From contig OX597822.1 in the NCBI GenBank assembly GCA_951406725.2, positions 23,002,001-23,066,000 of the forward strand: a stretch of DNA of 64,000 nucleotides, written 5' to 3'. The translations under genes and the position numbers were made by a program. This document shows positions 27,502 to 43,449 of the stretch, in pieces (positions within the stretch are counted from its first letter, which is position 1; every line of letters starts with the position of its first letter). The DNA is from Octopus vulgaris. Its lineage: Eukaryota. The notes under the pieces were generated by a model, which saw only the letters and a list, made by a program, of their open reading frames with translations, did no database searches and had not been told where the DNA came from.

Positions 27502-28698
27502 TGTCGTGTACTGTTTATCTTGATATGAGATCACCCTGTCGCACACATATAGTTGTGATGCATGTACCTATTGTACCCTTATCAGACGGGTAGTCATGAT
27601 GGGTAAGCTGGGCTTCGTATATTTTACCCCAGTGTCACTTAGATGGCATGCACTGCTCTCTCTCACTCAATAATAATAATTGGCACAAGGTCAGCAGTTA
27701 TGGGGGAGGAGCTGAGTCAGTCATATCGACCCCAGTGCGCAACAGGTATTCATACTATCAACCTCAGTAGGATGAAAGGCAAAGTTGACTATGGTGGAAT
27801 TTGAACTCAGAACAGAGCTAGACTAAATACTGCTAACAAATTTGGTAAGCATGCTCACAATTATGCCAGCTTACTGCCCTAAGAACGATAATAATTCTAA
27901 TTTTGGCAAAAACCTAGCAATTTCAAGGAGATGGGTAGCAAGACAATTACAATGACCTCAATTCTTGACATTATTTTATTCACCTGAAAGATGGATGGGC
28001 AAAGTTGACCTCAGCAGGAATGGAACTCAGATCATAAAGAACCAATAAAAATACTGCCAAGCATTTTATTCAATTATTCTGCCAGTTAGCTACCTAAATA
28101 ATAATAACAGAAAAACAGATAATGGCTTTTAATCTGAGCCCACAAATTACATCTAATTCCCCAAGAATACTTGCCTGTTTATCAAATTTCCCCTCACAGG
28201 GTTTTGGTTGATTTCAAACTATGGTCGAAGATATTTGCACAAGTTATTTTAACCTAAATGACTCTATATGATGAGATGACCAAGAGAAATGAAACTGCCA
28301 TTGAAGAATAATAAGTGGACAGCAAATGAGAAAAAAAAAGAATAAAAGAACCGCAAAGGTGAAGTGTACCAGTGAGAAAAGCCATGCTAATTAGCCCATA
28401 TGTCGTCAGCTGCAACAAATATAATATAAAAACAGAGAGCGAGAGAGAAATGTCTGTATAAAAGGCATGCAAATATCAAATATTAACTAGATTGTTATAT
28501 CTGGGCTCAAATATGAGCAAATCCCTACAATCCTTGGTAAATGAATTGTTGAACAGAAATTTTAATATGAACTGAAATATACCACTTTTTGACAATGGTG
28601 TCTGTAGTTTTACACAACCATTTTTTTTCCTTGTTTTTTTTTTATCAATGAACAATTAAGTTTGATTTCTGTTTAATAGTCCACTCTTTGCTTCTATA

Positions 28699-28746
<48 letters not shown>

Positions 28747-29175
28747 CACACACATAGGACAGGTTGTGAGTAAGTTTTCTATAGCATTGATTGTTGTGAC
28801 TAAAAGCTTCAAAGAAGAAGAAAGCAACTATTTATACTAGGCATGAAATAGAGGGTTATAGTAGCCACCCTCCCCAGCTCTCCAACTACGATATTACTGT
28901 ATAACTTGAATCAATTTAAGTGATACTGAATCGAACATCTGCTGTACAGCAGAAAATTTGAAACAGTGTGAAATGAAAGAAAAAAAAAATCAACTCGGTT
29001 TTACTATGCCACAATACATATCGAACCCACAAACTACAGATCCAGTAGGGAACACTAAGTTGCTATAACCATTCCCAAATATAAAGAATCCAAGCTTAAG
29101 GAGATGGTCATAATCAAACTAATCTCCCTTTGCTGTTGGTGAAAACACAGTTCTAGGTATATATAGTATACAGGA

Positions 29176-29560
29176 GTGGAGGCGCAATGGCCCAGTAGTT
29201 AGGGCAGCGGACTCACAATTATAGGATCGTGGTTTCAATTCCCAGACTGGGTGTTGTGAGTGTTTATTGAGCAAAAACACCTAAAGCCCCACGAGGCTCC
29301 AGCACAGCAGGGGGTAGTGGTGAACTCTGCTATATTCTTTCACCACAACTTTCTCTCACTCTTCCTTCCTACTTCTGTTGTACCTGTATTTCAAAGGGTC
29401 GGCCTTGTCACACTCTGTGTCATGCTGAATCTCCCTGAGAACTATGTTAAGGGTACACGTGTCTGTGGAGTGCTCAGTCACTTGCATGTTAATTTCACAA
29501 GCAAGCTGTTCTGTTGATCGGATCAACTGGAACCTTCGTCATCGCAACCGATGGAGTGTC
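29176..29560 (+). mobile_element. Family D tRNA-derived SINE
   Basis: A box tggcccagtagttagg and B box ggtttcaattccc. Related copies at about 10925-11110, 21010-21245, 38765-39240, 50555-50790 and 46745-47057(-). Confidence 0.7.
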
Positions 29561-32500
29561 ACTAGTATAGAGAGTAAGACAGAAGAATGTTCTCTATTTT
29601 ACGCAGCTACTGATTGTTACCACCTCGCCTTACTAGGACTTGCGCTGGTGGCATGTGAAATATTCGAGTGAGGTCGTTGCCAGTGCCGCAGGACTGGCTC
29701 CTGTGCAGGTGGCACGTAAAAAGCACCATTTGGGCGTGACCGTTGCCAGTACCATTACGTAAAAGCACCCACTACACTCTCAGAGTGGTTGGCATTAGGA
29801 AGGGCATCCAGCTGTAGAAACTCTGCCAGATCAGATTGAAGTCTGGTTCGCCAGACCTCAGTCAAATCGTCCAACCCATGCTAGCATGGAAAGCAGATGT
29901 TGATGATGATGATGATGATGACTGCAGTTGAATTATTTAAGAATGGTAAATCTGAGGTATTTTTCAGATGCACCTTGTATATACTTACAATTATAAAATA
30001 CCTTTGAATTTGCCAAAACCTACTATAAAATGTGTTTGTACAATCACATTTTCAGGTTATAAACTGTGTCAGATGCTAAGACATTTCAAATTCACTGCAT
30101 GTGTTTCCTTGTTATCTGTGGGTAGGGTACTTAGTTTGATGTACCCCAGTTCACAAAGTTGCCAAGAATAGTTCTGGAAATGTCACTAGTGATAGAGTAG
30201 TGTGCTACCTCACAGTGTGTGTGTTAGTGTGTGGGATTTTATCTCATCTACTTTGATGCTATAACACCAGAGATACGAACAAATTTTTATGAATGTTTCA
30301 GAGAATTTTTTTAAAGTATTCTGAAACTAAAACAGAAGTGTTGGAGAGGGAGGAGGGGGGAACAGAAATCTAGTTGCCAAGTCATGAATAAATAGGTTTT
30401 TCAGTAAAAATTAAAGCACTATCAAGCAATTAGAATCTGTTTGCATTTTTTAAAATTAACAAACATTTATTGATATTTTGGCAAAACTATGATATTAATT
30501 TTTATGTAAAGATTCAAAGGAAGATACAAATAATATGTTTAGATATTAGAAACTATCTGAAAAAAAAAAACATGAAGTGAAACGCTTTCTACTATCAAGA
30601 TATTCTTAGTTTATTTAGCCTAAATAATGCACTGTGGAAGCAGAATTATAATCATATCAATTAATAGAAAGACTAATGCAAAGCAGTCTGCTGTTTTAAA
30701 TTTTAAAGCAGCAAATGTAGTGAAAAAAAGTGCTTAAGAGTGAGAGAAAATGAAGCACTCTCGCCTTAAACCAAATTAAATAGCATTATTTTCTGTGAAC
30801 ACAACAGAAAAGAAATAGTTTCAAATGAAATCTTTTCGTGGATAATTTTTAAATGTTTCTTTCTAGCTTGTTACAATAGTTCTTTTCTAATTTTGGAAGT
30901 GAGAGCTCTAATAACGATAATTTCTAATGTAGGCACAAAGCCAGAAATTTTGGGGAAGGAAGAGTTAGTTGATTAAAACAAATCTAGTACTTGTCTGGTC
31001 CTCTATTTTATTGACTGTCAGAAAGATGAAAGGCAAAAATGAACTTGGTGGGATTTGAACTCAGAAGGTAAAAGTGCTGGAACAAATACAACTTTTGCCT
31101 GATGCTCTGATGGTTCACTGCCCTTGTCTAACAGAGCTGAAATTTTGGCGGAGGAGACTAGTTGATTACATTGACCCCAGTGTTTCACTGGTACTTAATT
31201 TATCGGCCCTGAAAGGATAAAAGGCAAAGTTGACCTTGGTGATAACGGAGCTCTAATAATGACATCATAACTAATAAACTTTTTGGATAAGGTGCAGTGT
31301 AGCATATTGAACTGATATTCATCAATATTATACTAAAAGGGTGTGTAGAAGTATGGTAGATTTGTACTCAATACATCAAAAGACACCCTACCAATTTCTG
31401 CTGTCCACTGCTCTAAAGAGTCCAAATAATTCCTCTACCAGCACATCTGAGAAAGTCTAAGTGTGTAAAGCCCATTCGAATAAGAAAGAAGTATAGCAAC
31501 AAAACATTGCAAAGGAGATAAGTTGAGTCAATGAGTCAACCACATGGAGGCAACTTGCAGCCCATGGAACCTTCTAAATGGCATCCCTAATGAAAAATAA
31601 CTTAATTTTTTTTAGTAGTGTGGCCTGCCTGATGATGGACATTGTATCAGGCCGCCTGCTTCATGAAGAGGTTGCCGATGCCTGGACTATACAGTCGAGT
31701 GGCCTGCTAGAAATAGCAACCAAATTTCCCCTAAATCAAACCTCTACTGTATTTAAAATGGAAAAGACACAAAATATTACAATATGGTTGAAAAATAGAC
31801 AATGTTTATGGCTGGAACACATATAATCATAGGTCTGTCTGATTGAAGAAGGCTTGAGGGCTGAAATAACTAAAAACAAATGGGCAATTGGTAGCTTTTG
31901 GATATTAGGTTTACTACTAAGTATCACTTAAATGGTTTTTCTAGTTTAAACCCTCTACAGTTAATCTTAGCATTTGCAATGCTAAAAAAGCTAACACAGA
32001 AGAACATGGCTATCAAAATAGACCTAAAATAGCTTGAATCGACAAGCTGCAACCTGAGTTTGTTCCAACCAATGAGGTCATCAGCAGATACCATTGCTGA
32101 GTATTGCTTAAAAAATATGGTTAGTGAGAGAATTAAGAGAGCAGGAATTTGATATCTGGCAGTGTGGTTATGACATCCATGGGACCATTTCCATAAAGAT
32201 TGGTGTAGTTTTGGCGTGCATTTGATTACAATGATTTCTGTACACCAAAAAATGGTGAAATGTGAATGGAATGGTATAAATGCTGAAAGGTGAGAGGCTG
32301 AAATCAAGCAAGAAATTCCAAGAACAATTCCAAGAACATCGGTAGAAATTATTCTTTACAATGTAGAGCACATCTTGTTTTCTTTTCTTTTAATCACCTG
32401 ATAATTTAATTAGTCAATTATTATTTCAGTAACTTATAACATTCACACATACACATTGCACTTGCAATTAAGACTATATCTCCTGTTACCATAATTAGAA

Positions 32501-33233
32501 ACAGTAAATTAAATCTGGCTGGACTACTGCTGTGTAGGAAAACAAAAATGCACTGTTAAATCTGCTAGAACAGTATATGTACACTGAGTGGCTGTGTGGT
32601 TAAGAAGTTCGGTTCCCAACCACATGCCTTCAGGTTCAGTCCCACCAAATGACACCTTGGGCAAGTGTCTTCTACTATTGGGCCAGGCCAACCAAAGCCT
32701 TATGAATGGATTAGGTAATCATTATCATCATTGTTTAATGTCTGCTTTCCATGCTGGCATGGGTTGGAGGGTTTGACTGGAAACTAGCAGGTTCCAATCT
32801 GATTTGGCAAGGTTTCTACTAATGCCAACCACTCCAAGAGTGTAGTGGGTACTTTTTACATGCCATTGACCTGGCATTGGCCATGACTATGGTCTCATTT
32901 GGCTTGACGGATCAACACAAGCATGATGTATCACCAAGGGTCTTGGTCACCTGTCACTGCCTCCATGAAGCCCAAAGCTTGAAAGGTGCTTTTTATGTTC
33001 CACTGGCATGGGTGCCAGTCAGACAACACTGGCATCGGCCACAACTACAATTTCACTCAGTTCAACAGGTCTTCACAAGCACAGCATATCACTTGACAAC
33101 TGAACGGTACTTTTAACGGGTCAGTTATGTGACTCCATCATTGGCCACAAACCCCTATGAATATATATACACATATATATATTTAGTGAAATGTGTACTT
33201 ACATATATGAGAACAAAGTGTATGTACGCTGTT

Positions 33234-33257
<24 letters not shown>

Positions 33258-33264
<7 letters not shown>

Positions 33265-33505
33265 CACAAAATAAAAGACAAAATGGGACAAGAATGCAAA
33301 ACATCCAGACAACTAGATGATACAAAAAGGGACAACAAAACATCCAGATAGACGATACAAAAAACACTAACGGGTCATTTGAAGCCTTTTATCTTCAGTT
33401 AAGAATCGGATCATCCTCGCAATTTCGGCTGAGTTGTTGTCCCTTTTTGCATCACCTAGTTGTCTGGATGTTTTGCGTTCTTGTCCCATTTTGTATTTTA
33501 TTTTA
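33258..33505. repeat. Inverted repeat (about 70-bp arms), probably a Penelope-like remnant in (TA)n
   Basis: aaaatgggacaagaatgcaaaacatccagacaactagatgatacaaaaagggacaacaa pairs with ttgttgtccctttttgcatcacctagttgtctggatgttttgcgttcttgtcccatttt. Confidence 0.65.
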
Positions 33506-33926
33506 TATATATATATATATATTTACATATGTGTGTGTGCATGTGTGTTTACATCTTCTTGTCTTGACATCACACAACAGATAATTGCAAATGAGTATCA
33601 CTGTCATACAAGCAATATTATTCCTTTCCAATATTGTGCCAAAACCTATCCTCCAGTGATGGGGATATACTACCTTGCTTGAAAACAGGTGAAGGTTGGC
33701 AACAGGATGAGCATCCGACTGTAGAAAATCTACCTCAATGAATTTTGCCTGGCCTATGGAAATATGGAAAAGTGATCATTAAAATGATAACAATGATCCA
33801 CAATGATTAGACATTGTAAGAATTGGTTTAGATTGTGATTGTAGTATCCAGCCAGAAGAAAAAGAAACTCAAGGCATGCATACACAAATATGAAAGCACA
33901 CATGCATGTGTACACACACACACACC

Positions 33927-34153
33927 TATTTCTTTACTACCCACGAGGGGCTAAACACAGGGGACAAACAAGGACAGACAAATGGATTAAGTCGATTACA
34001 TCGACCCCAGTGTGTAGCTGGTACTTATTTGACCTCGAAAGGATGAAAGGCAAAGTCGACCTCGGCGGAATTTGAACTCAGAACGTAGCGGCAGACGAAA
34101 TACCGCTAAGCATTTTGCCCGGCGTGCTAACGTTTCTGCCAGCTCGTCGCCTT
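33927..34153 (-). mobile_element. SINE family A (tRNA-like head aaggcggcgagctggcagaa...), young full-length copy
   Basis: Core gtcgactttgcctttcatcctttcg...aagtaccag, flanked by duplicated cacacacacaccta. About 20 related copies in the window. Confidence 0.85.
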
Positions 34154-34935
34154 CACACACACACCTAACTTTCAGTTTCTTTCACCTAACACATTTGATG
34201 TTAAAAAAAAAACAAAAAAAATTGTTCAACAAAGATGCCAAAGTTGATGTCCTTGAAATTAGTTCTTTGTTCCGAGACAAAAAAAAAAAAAATCCTGTTA
34301 ATATCAGAGAGCTGTGATCAAACTGAACTTGCAAATGAAGAAAGGGAACCATCGAATGTGATAAAGCGTGCCTTGCACAGTTGACAGAATAAAATATCTG
34401 CTGATTGATGTTTTGGAAAACAATAACAAAAAAACAAAAAGTTTGTTGTCAATGCCAAAGTTATTTTTCTGAAAATTTTTAAAACAAATATTGAAAATAT
34501 TGCAATCATAGTACTAAAGAATGTCTAAGAATAGAAGGTTTTCAAAGAAACAAGTAATTGGATGACTAATTAAATGAATTAATTAATCAATAAACAAGAC
34601 ATACAAACCTGAAAATGTATGAAATAATCACAAAAAAGATAAAAGATTATGATACAGAAAATAAAAGTATAGAATTATGATATAGTCACAAATTCTTTGA
34701 TATATGAAGAATATATATGTTTTTTTTTTTTTTTTGCTTTGTTCTTTTATCAAATACTTTATAGGACTAACTAATATACTGTCATTTGTTAAACGTCCCA
34801 AACTTGTTCACATGGCTTATTAAAAGGTCTCTCTCTCTATTTAACAACTCCTTTTTCTAGGCATCTATTTTGCCTCAATATACTAAAATTTGACAAGTAA
34901 AAATATAATTTCTATCACCTAGAAAACATGCATTA

Positions 34936-35660
34936 TTAACCCTTTTGATACCAACCTGCCTGAGACCAGCCCTGGTTCTATGATACAAACTTCCTCTTTT
35001 AAAGTCATTTAAATTCAAAACCTTTATTCACATATTAACTTTTGGTGACCAATCTGTCCAAGACTGACCCTGGTTCTATGAATCAAAATTTTAAAAATTC
35101 TATCAAAGTTATATATTAATTTATGATCTATGTTCCAAATATATTACTAAATCCTTTGTTATTTTCAAAATTAATTGAAACAAAGGCAGTGTATTTCAAC
35201 AGAAATATGGTAACAAAAGACATGTTTTTCGTTATCCACAATTTAAGTTCCTTCAAGCTTACATATAAACCACTGCATCAACAGACACAGTATTAGTTTT
35301 ATCCCCAGCAAAAGTTTATAAGAATTTAAACTTTTTTTTTAGGTGAAGTAAATTTAATAGAATGTGAAAATCTTATTAAATATTTCAAAATTCAAATATC
35401 CATCTTAGAGATTTTAAGAAATGCTTTTAACTTTTTGACACCAAATTATCTCAGATTGTTAACTGACCACATTTCAGTTTGATATTTTGTAATGACTTAA
35501 TCAGGAATTCCTTATGACATTAAGAAGTTAATCCTTTTGATACCAAACTGCTTGAGATCAGCCATAGTTCTCTAATACAAACTTGGTGTTTTAAAGTGAT
35601 CTAAATTAAGACCTGATACCAAATTTCCACATTAAATTTTATGTTTGAAACACCAGCTTC

Positions 35661-35693
<33 letters not shown>

Positions 35694-35757
35694 TTGCTAA
35701 ATTCTTTATTATTTCCAAAATTAACTGAAACAGAAATATGGTAACAAAAGGGTTAAA
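34936..35757. mobile_element. Cluster of related TTAA/piggyBac-type MITE copies
   Basis: ttaacccttttgatacc... and ...ggtaacaaaagggttaa ends. Related pieces at about 6060-6305 and 17050-17245. Confidence 0.6.
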
Positions 35758-36053
35758 TGAGTCCCTGATTATATAAAAAAAAATGTTCTATCAGGAGTTC
35801 TGACTGCTCATGCACACATCCACCTATATGCGTATAAAAGTGCTTTATTTTAATGTTTTAAAGATAAAAGAAAACTCTACAGCAGCAAAGATACAACATC
35901 AAGACTAAATCTATAATTACATAATGTTTCTAAACTGAACTACTTTATGTCATTTACAAAGGTAAAGAAAAAAATGGTAGAGTTTGTTTTCTTAATCTAT
36001 TTAGTAAATAAATTCAAAATATTAACGAATGATTAAAAATAAATAATCCAAAC

Positions 36054-36495
36054 CTGGTATTGTGGGCGGAGGCACTGCTTTACTCTTGGGCTTTGGTCCA
36101 AGAGGCGGCATAACAGGTTGCATCTTGATTATAGTGGCAGATGTCGGCCGGGATGTGGCACCCCCAATAGCACTTTTGGGTCGCTCGGCCCTGATGTGAC
36201 CGTAGGGTGATACCTGTTGTGTCTGGGCAGGGTCATGTGACTGGACTATTTGATCCAGCATGTCTCTAGACGATGATGGAGCCACGAACACTTGATCTGA
36301 GAGAGCAGGTCGAGAGTGTGTCTTTTCATAAGCCGAAGAAATAGTGTGCGGGCGAGGCGGATCAGAATTTTGTACGTGTGGAGTGCTAGGCCAATTATTC
36401 CAGGTGGAACTAGTAGAGGGTGGATTCTCAGACGGTGTAGATGCATTCGAATCAATTCCTCGATTGTCAACCCCGGTACTAGCGCTGTCAGTAGT
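36054..36495 (-). CDS. MTSS1: MTSS1/MIM-like 442-nt exon TTDSASTG...WNNWPS...PPRPHTISSAYEKTHSRPALSDQVF...PPLGPKPKSKAVPPPTIP
   Basis: GC-rich island open for 147 codons. Acceptor ttttctccag, donor CCAG|gtttgg, phase 0-1. Contains the RPHTIS.AYEK motif known from invertebrate MIM proteins. Confidence 0.92.
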
Positions 36496-37588
36496 CTGGA
36501 GAAAACAAAAACCAAGATAAAAATAAAAACATGTTTAAAAGGATCAATTTAAAGTTTTTTTTTTTTTATGTAGAAGGTTGTGTTAGTATTTTGCGTGCAA
36601 AAGCTGTAAATGAAAGTTCACACAGATGTTTTCTGTGTAGGTTTTGGAATTAAAAATAAGCAGGTTAACTTTGAAACAGCTGATTTTTGAAAATATCAAA
36701 ACCAACCACACCAACAAGTTAATGAAATTTACCAATGCTATAGTAAAAACTGAAGAGATTGTTTGAGATTCTTCAACAGACCAGCAGAACCAATTAAAAC
36801 AGATTATTAATTGTCAAAGATTGACCGACAGGACATTAAGTAAAGTTTTACCGATTTAGAAATTTCTTTTTGTACATTTTTCTTTTTGCAACGTGACCAG
36901 AAACATTTACATTTCTGCTATTCTAAACCAAATTACTATGAAACTAATATATAGGCACTTTCATAAAAACTTAACAGTATTTCCCAACCTATTTTCCCCC
37001 AGGCCCCTCTATAACTTTCCAGAAAAATGTATGCTCCTACTGTTGGTTGGGAAAAAAACATTTTTAATATTTTATCACAATTATTTAATACAAAAGAATC
37101 TACTAGTAACTCTTTTATTAAGTATTGAGTACAAGAAAAAAATTACATTATTGACTAAGAAAAAAAAAAAGAAAATTTCACAATTCCATGTCCCACTAAA
37201 AAATAAAAAAAGACCCTATGTGTCACCACAGTTTTCCCTGGCCTCATCAGTGGAGTGTTTGACTCACTTGGAAATCATAATAGTTTGAGAAAACCAGAAC
37301 AGTAATAAAATGTAGAGGGACTGAACCTGGAACCATGTGGTTGGGAAGCAAACTTCTTACTACACAGCCATGCCCGTGCCTATATATATATTCTTTTGTT
37401 TTAGTCATTTGACTGTGGCCATCCTGGAGCACCGCCTTTAGTAAAACAAATCGACCCCAGGACTTATACTTTGTAAGCCTAGTATTTATTCTATCAGTCT
37501 CGTTGGCTGAACTGCTAAGTTACAGGGATGTAAACACACCACCATCGGTTGTCAAGCAATGGTGGAGGAGGGGGACAAACACACAAAC

Positions 37589-37620
<32 letters not shown>

Positions 37621-37731
37621 GACGGGCTTCTTTCAGTTTCTGTCAACCAAATCCACTCACAAGGCTTTGGTCGGCCCGAGGCTATAGTAGAAGATTGTTG
37701 CCCAAGATGCCACACAGCCACTCCTGCACCA

Positions 37732-38162
37732 AAGCTGGCAAGCTTGCAGAATCGTCAGCATGCTTGGCAAAATGCTTAGTGGCAATTCATCCGTCTTTAC
37801 ATTCTAAGTTGATAAAATAAGTACCAGTTGAGTACTGGGGTCGATATAATTGACTCAACCCCTTCCCCAAACTTGCTGGCCTTGTGCCAAAATCTAAAAC
37901 CAATATTAATCCAAATCTATTTTAAACACTTGTTTGCTAAGAGCATAATTGGAAATTGATTTTGGCACAAATACAGCAAGTTCGGTAGAGGGGATGTCAA
38001 TTATATCAACCCAAGTGTTCAACTGGTACTTATTTTATCAACCTAGAAAGGATGAAAGGCGAAGTCGACCTCGATGGAATTTGAACTCAGAATGTAAAGA
38101 CAGACGAAATGCCACTAAGCATTTTGCCAAGTGTGCTGACAATTCTGCCAGCTTGCTAGCTT
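37732..38162. mobile_element. Tail-to-tail inverted pair of family A SINEs
   Basis: Plus copy about 37732-37903 and minus copy about 37958-38162. Confidence 0.75.
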
Positions 38163-40729
38163 TAACAGAACTGAATAATAAGAAAAAGAAAATTGAACAA
38201 AAATAAAACAGCATCAAAACAGATGCCATGCCATTTTACATAGAATACTACTTTGGGTTACTAAAATGGGAGAATCAACCTGGAATTAACTAAGTTCAAC
38301 CATTCTGAAGAATAAATTCCTGTATAGTCATAAAGTATAAAATCAATAAATTTCAAAAGACTTTCATTCTAGCAATTTTATTATTATTATTACTAAATAA
38401 AAAGAATTAATTATGAGACATGAAATAACAGAAAAAAAAAGTATGTAGCAATTATATGCTGCTTTATTCTTTAAATACCCTGTCTTTGATCTGTTTCCTT
38501 TCTTTGGCATCAGTCAGATTAACAGCTTGTACTCGATAGCATCTCATCATTTTTATCTTTCAATTTATCTAACTGCACTCACCTTAGATGTCTGAGGTCT
38601 GAGACTATGTTTATTCCAAGTTACCTTCTGACTAATATTTTTTGTTTGTTTCACCAAAAATTAAAAAATCACAGATCTGCTGTTCTACCTATTTGATAAC
38701 TGTAATTAAGCTGTTTCTTTAATGTCTGTTTTTGTACTTCCCCGATCCCTCATGCTTGCAGTAAAGGCACATAGCCTAGTGGTGAGAGTGTTGCACTCAT
38801 GATCTTAAGATTGTGGTTTCAATTCCTGAACAGAACAGTGTGTTGTGTTCTTGAGTAAAACACTTCATTTCACATTGCCCCAGTCCATCATCGACATCCT
38901 TGAATGTCCATCTTCCATGCTGGCAAACTGAAGATCTGCACCAGGTTCCAATCTGATTTGGTGTGGTTTCTACAGCTGGATGCCATTCCTAATGCCAACC
39001 ACTTTACAGTGTGTACTGGATGCTTTTAACATGGCACCAGCATGAGCACTTTGATGTGGCACCAATACAAGTGCTTTTTACATGGCACCAGCACTCAGCT
39101 GTAAATGAGTTCTAGCAATAACTGGGAAGTTAACCCTATGAAGGACTAGCATCCCATTCAGGTGAGCATGTTGTAACCTCAGTCACTAATAACATCATGA
39201 AAACTAGGTTAAGCTTCAGCCTAATGAGTCTGAGTGGTCAGTACATGTTACTCTGTAAGGAGCAAAGGGCTCAGCTTCTCTTGTGTATATACTCCTCCTT
39301 GGAAGGGACGTCAGTCCATCACAGGATTACTCATTTTTATCAGAGGAGCAGATTGGAGCAACATGAAATGAAGTGTTTAGTTCAAGAACACAACACACCA
39401 CTCTGTCCAGAAATTGAAACAATGATCTTAGGATCATGAATGTAACACTTTAATCACAAGGCCAGGCACCTTCACAGCACCTGACAAATCTAAATCTTGC
39501 TTGCACATGTTGGACAAACATACTGAAGCATTATCTCACAGCTGGATGCTCTTCATAGTGCTGATTCTTACCTGTTTTTCAAGTGAGTTTCCCTATTTCT
39601 ACATGGCTTTGAAGGCATCAAATGCCAGGATGAGTTGTTGACAGGAGAACCTGATAATAGCAACACTGCCCACTACAATTTTGTAGAAGCAATTGCAGAT
39701 GTAAAACACACACACAGATATTTTTCTTTTTATTAAGTTATGAGGCTGTAATGTGCCTTAGTAGAAACATCTACTGATGCACAGCCTATCAGCCAGAGAC
39801 AAACCTCAGTACAACTACAAGCATAAGACATTCTTTCTGGGCATAATAAACAACCTAATTGTTATCTTAACACCTGAGTAAAGGTTCAATCTACACAAGA
39901 AATTAATATCAGAAGAATGTATGTTACTATTCCCAGGTATGTAGTCAAAGGAAATCAAGATAGTATGAGACACTTGCTCAAGGTGCCATGCAGTGGGACT
40001 GAACCTGGAACCATGTGGTTGGGAAGCAAGCTTCTTATCACATGCCACGCCTATATATATTTATATATATATATATATTATTATTAATATCAGGAAATCA
40101 ACATATGATTCCCTCTCACTAGGCTTTCATTAGTCCAGGGCTACAGCAGAAAATACTTGTCCAAGGTGCTGTACAGCAGGACTGAACCCAAAACCATATG
40201 ATTGCGAAGCAAGCTTCTTAACCACTCATCCATGCCTTGCCCGTACCTTTCTGCTTTCTATAATAGCAAAGTTTTCATGGCTTTGGCATTACCTCTGATA
40301 ACTGCTTTGAAATAATTAGGCATACAAACGGTAAAAAGGAAATTTGAAATGTTTCTTTTTGCATTTTCAAGAAAATCAATACATAACATCAGTAATAAAA
40401 AAGAAATATTAACTACACTTCAATTCTAGCAGCACCATTAAAACTGGAGCTTCAAAGAGTAATTCTATATATATATTATATATATATATATATATATAAA
40501 TATACACACATCCCATGCAAGACTAGTAAACTATTGATGATTAGACAAAACTAAAAATCTGATAACAACTCATCCAAATAAAAATATGGAACAAAAAAAA
40601 AAGTGAAAAGAAAACAAAAAAAAAGAGAAAAAGGTTTTGCTTCTCAAGTTCAAACAAGAGAGATAGAAACGAGAGAGAAAGAAAGAGCTGATGTGTGTGT
40701 GTGTGTGTTTATAAATGTGTATATTATTT

Positions 40730-41935
<1,206 letters not shown>

Positions 41936-42319
41936 ATATATTTTATAATATATTATTATTAATATTAGGAAATCAATATTAGAAAGATATATATGTGTGT
42001 AAAATAATTGTTGTATTAAAAATATAAATATGTATAAAAATATATGTAAATATGTATAAGTATAAATATATAATGTATATGACAGTTTAAAAGTTCTGAA
42101 TTAAGTTTTTAAAGCATCATACGATCATTTCACAGAAGTGCTGTCCCTATAATGAAATCCTATATTGATAAGCATTACATATATAAGCATTACATATATA
42201 TATACAACAGGCTTCTTTAAGTTTCCGCCTACCAAATCCACTCACAAAGCTTTGGTTGGCCTGAGGCTGTAGTAGGCGACACTTGCTCAAGGTGCCATGC
42301 AGTGGGACTGAACCCGGAA

Positions 42320-42397
<78 letters not shown>

Positions 42398-42477
42398 GAA
42401 AAGAGACAAGAAAAAAGAGAGCATGATAAAGAAAAAGACAGAGTAAAGAGAAAGGAGGAGAAAAAACCAAAGGAAGG

Positions 42478-42508
<31 letters not shown>

Positions 42509-42918
42509 CAAAATTGAAAATGAAAATATCAGGGAGCATAAATAAATAATTAAAAATAAAATAAAAAAAAAAAAGAAAAGAAACAGAAAGCCATTACAAG
42601 CAGAGTCTGTTTGTTTAAAGGCTTGAAGCCATGAAGTTGCAGAAAACAGAAGCAAATGTAGCCAATATTTTAGTTTGTCAAAAAGACAAAAAGAAAGAGA
42701 GAGAGAAAGAAAGAAAGATTATTGGTTAACAATCACCCTGTTAAAGATGTATTATTATTAAACCCAGAACAAAAACAATGAAACCATTTCAAAGCAGTCT
42801 ATATTATTTTGATAGTTAAAAAAAAAGAAAAAAAAAAACAAACTTGAAAGTCAAGTGCAGAAAACCAAAATATTGGGAAAAAAAAAGAAAAAAAAAAAGG
42901 AAGTAAGATAGAATGTAC

Positions 42919-42951
42919 CGTGACTTGTTTTTTTTTTCTGATTTGAGATGA
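42919..42951 (-). CDS. Candidate 33-nt microexon SSQIRKKKQVT
   Basis: Very strong acceptor tttctttttttgcttttcag (contains TGC), donor ACG|gtacat, phase 0-0 matching the host intron. Confidence 0.4.
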
Positions 42952-43218
42952 CTGAAAAGCAAAAAAAGAAATTTTATACTGGTGAGGTTTTTTGGGGAGC
43001 ACAAGCACATGCAGGACAGCTAGAAGAAGTAACAATAATAATAATAATAATAATAATGATATTAATAAACCTTTCTACTATAGGCACAAGGCCTGCAATT
43101 TGGAAGAGAGGACTAGTCAATTATATCGACCCTAGTGTTTCATTGGTACTTTCGACCCCCGAAAGGATGAAAGGCAAAGTCGATATCAGCAGAATTTGAA
43201 CCCAGAACAAACAGACAG

Positions 43219-43449
43219 CAGCGAGCTGGCAGAATCGTTAGCACGCCGGGCGAAATGCTTAGCAGTATTTCGTCTGCCACTACGTTCTGAGTTCAAATTC
43301 TGACAAGGTCGACTTTGCCTTTCATCCTTTTGGGGTCGATTAAATAAGTACCAGTTACGCACTGGGGTCGATCTAATCGACTTAATCCATTTCTCTGTCC
43401 TTGTTTGTCCCCTCTGTGTGTAGCCCCTTGTGGGCAATAAAGAAATAAA
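43219..43449 (+). mobile_element. SINE family A copy inserted antisense into another family A copy (43070-43512)
   Basis: TSD aacaaacagacag / aacaagcagacag (43206-43218, 43450-43462). Same tail subfamily as 33927-34153 and 27209-27445. Confidence 0.85.

Noticed and set aside
29176-29255. tRNA gene
   Set aside because: A and B boxes are present but run into a SINE body; no convincing cloverleaf.
31924-32307. 127-aa ORF with an SADD motif
   Set aside because: Possibly a very old LINE RT relic, but too decayed to support; not a host gene.
36246-36552. ORFs 36246-36515(-) and 36316-36552(+)
   Set aside because: Shadow frames of the real 442-nt exon.
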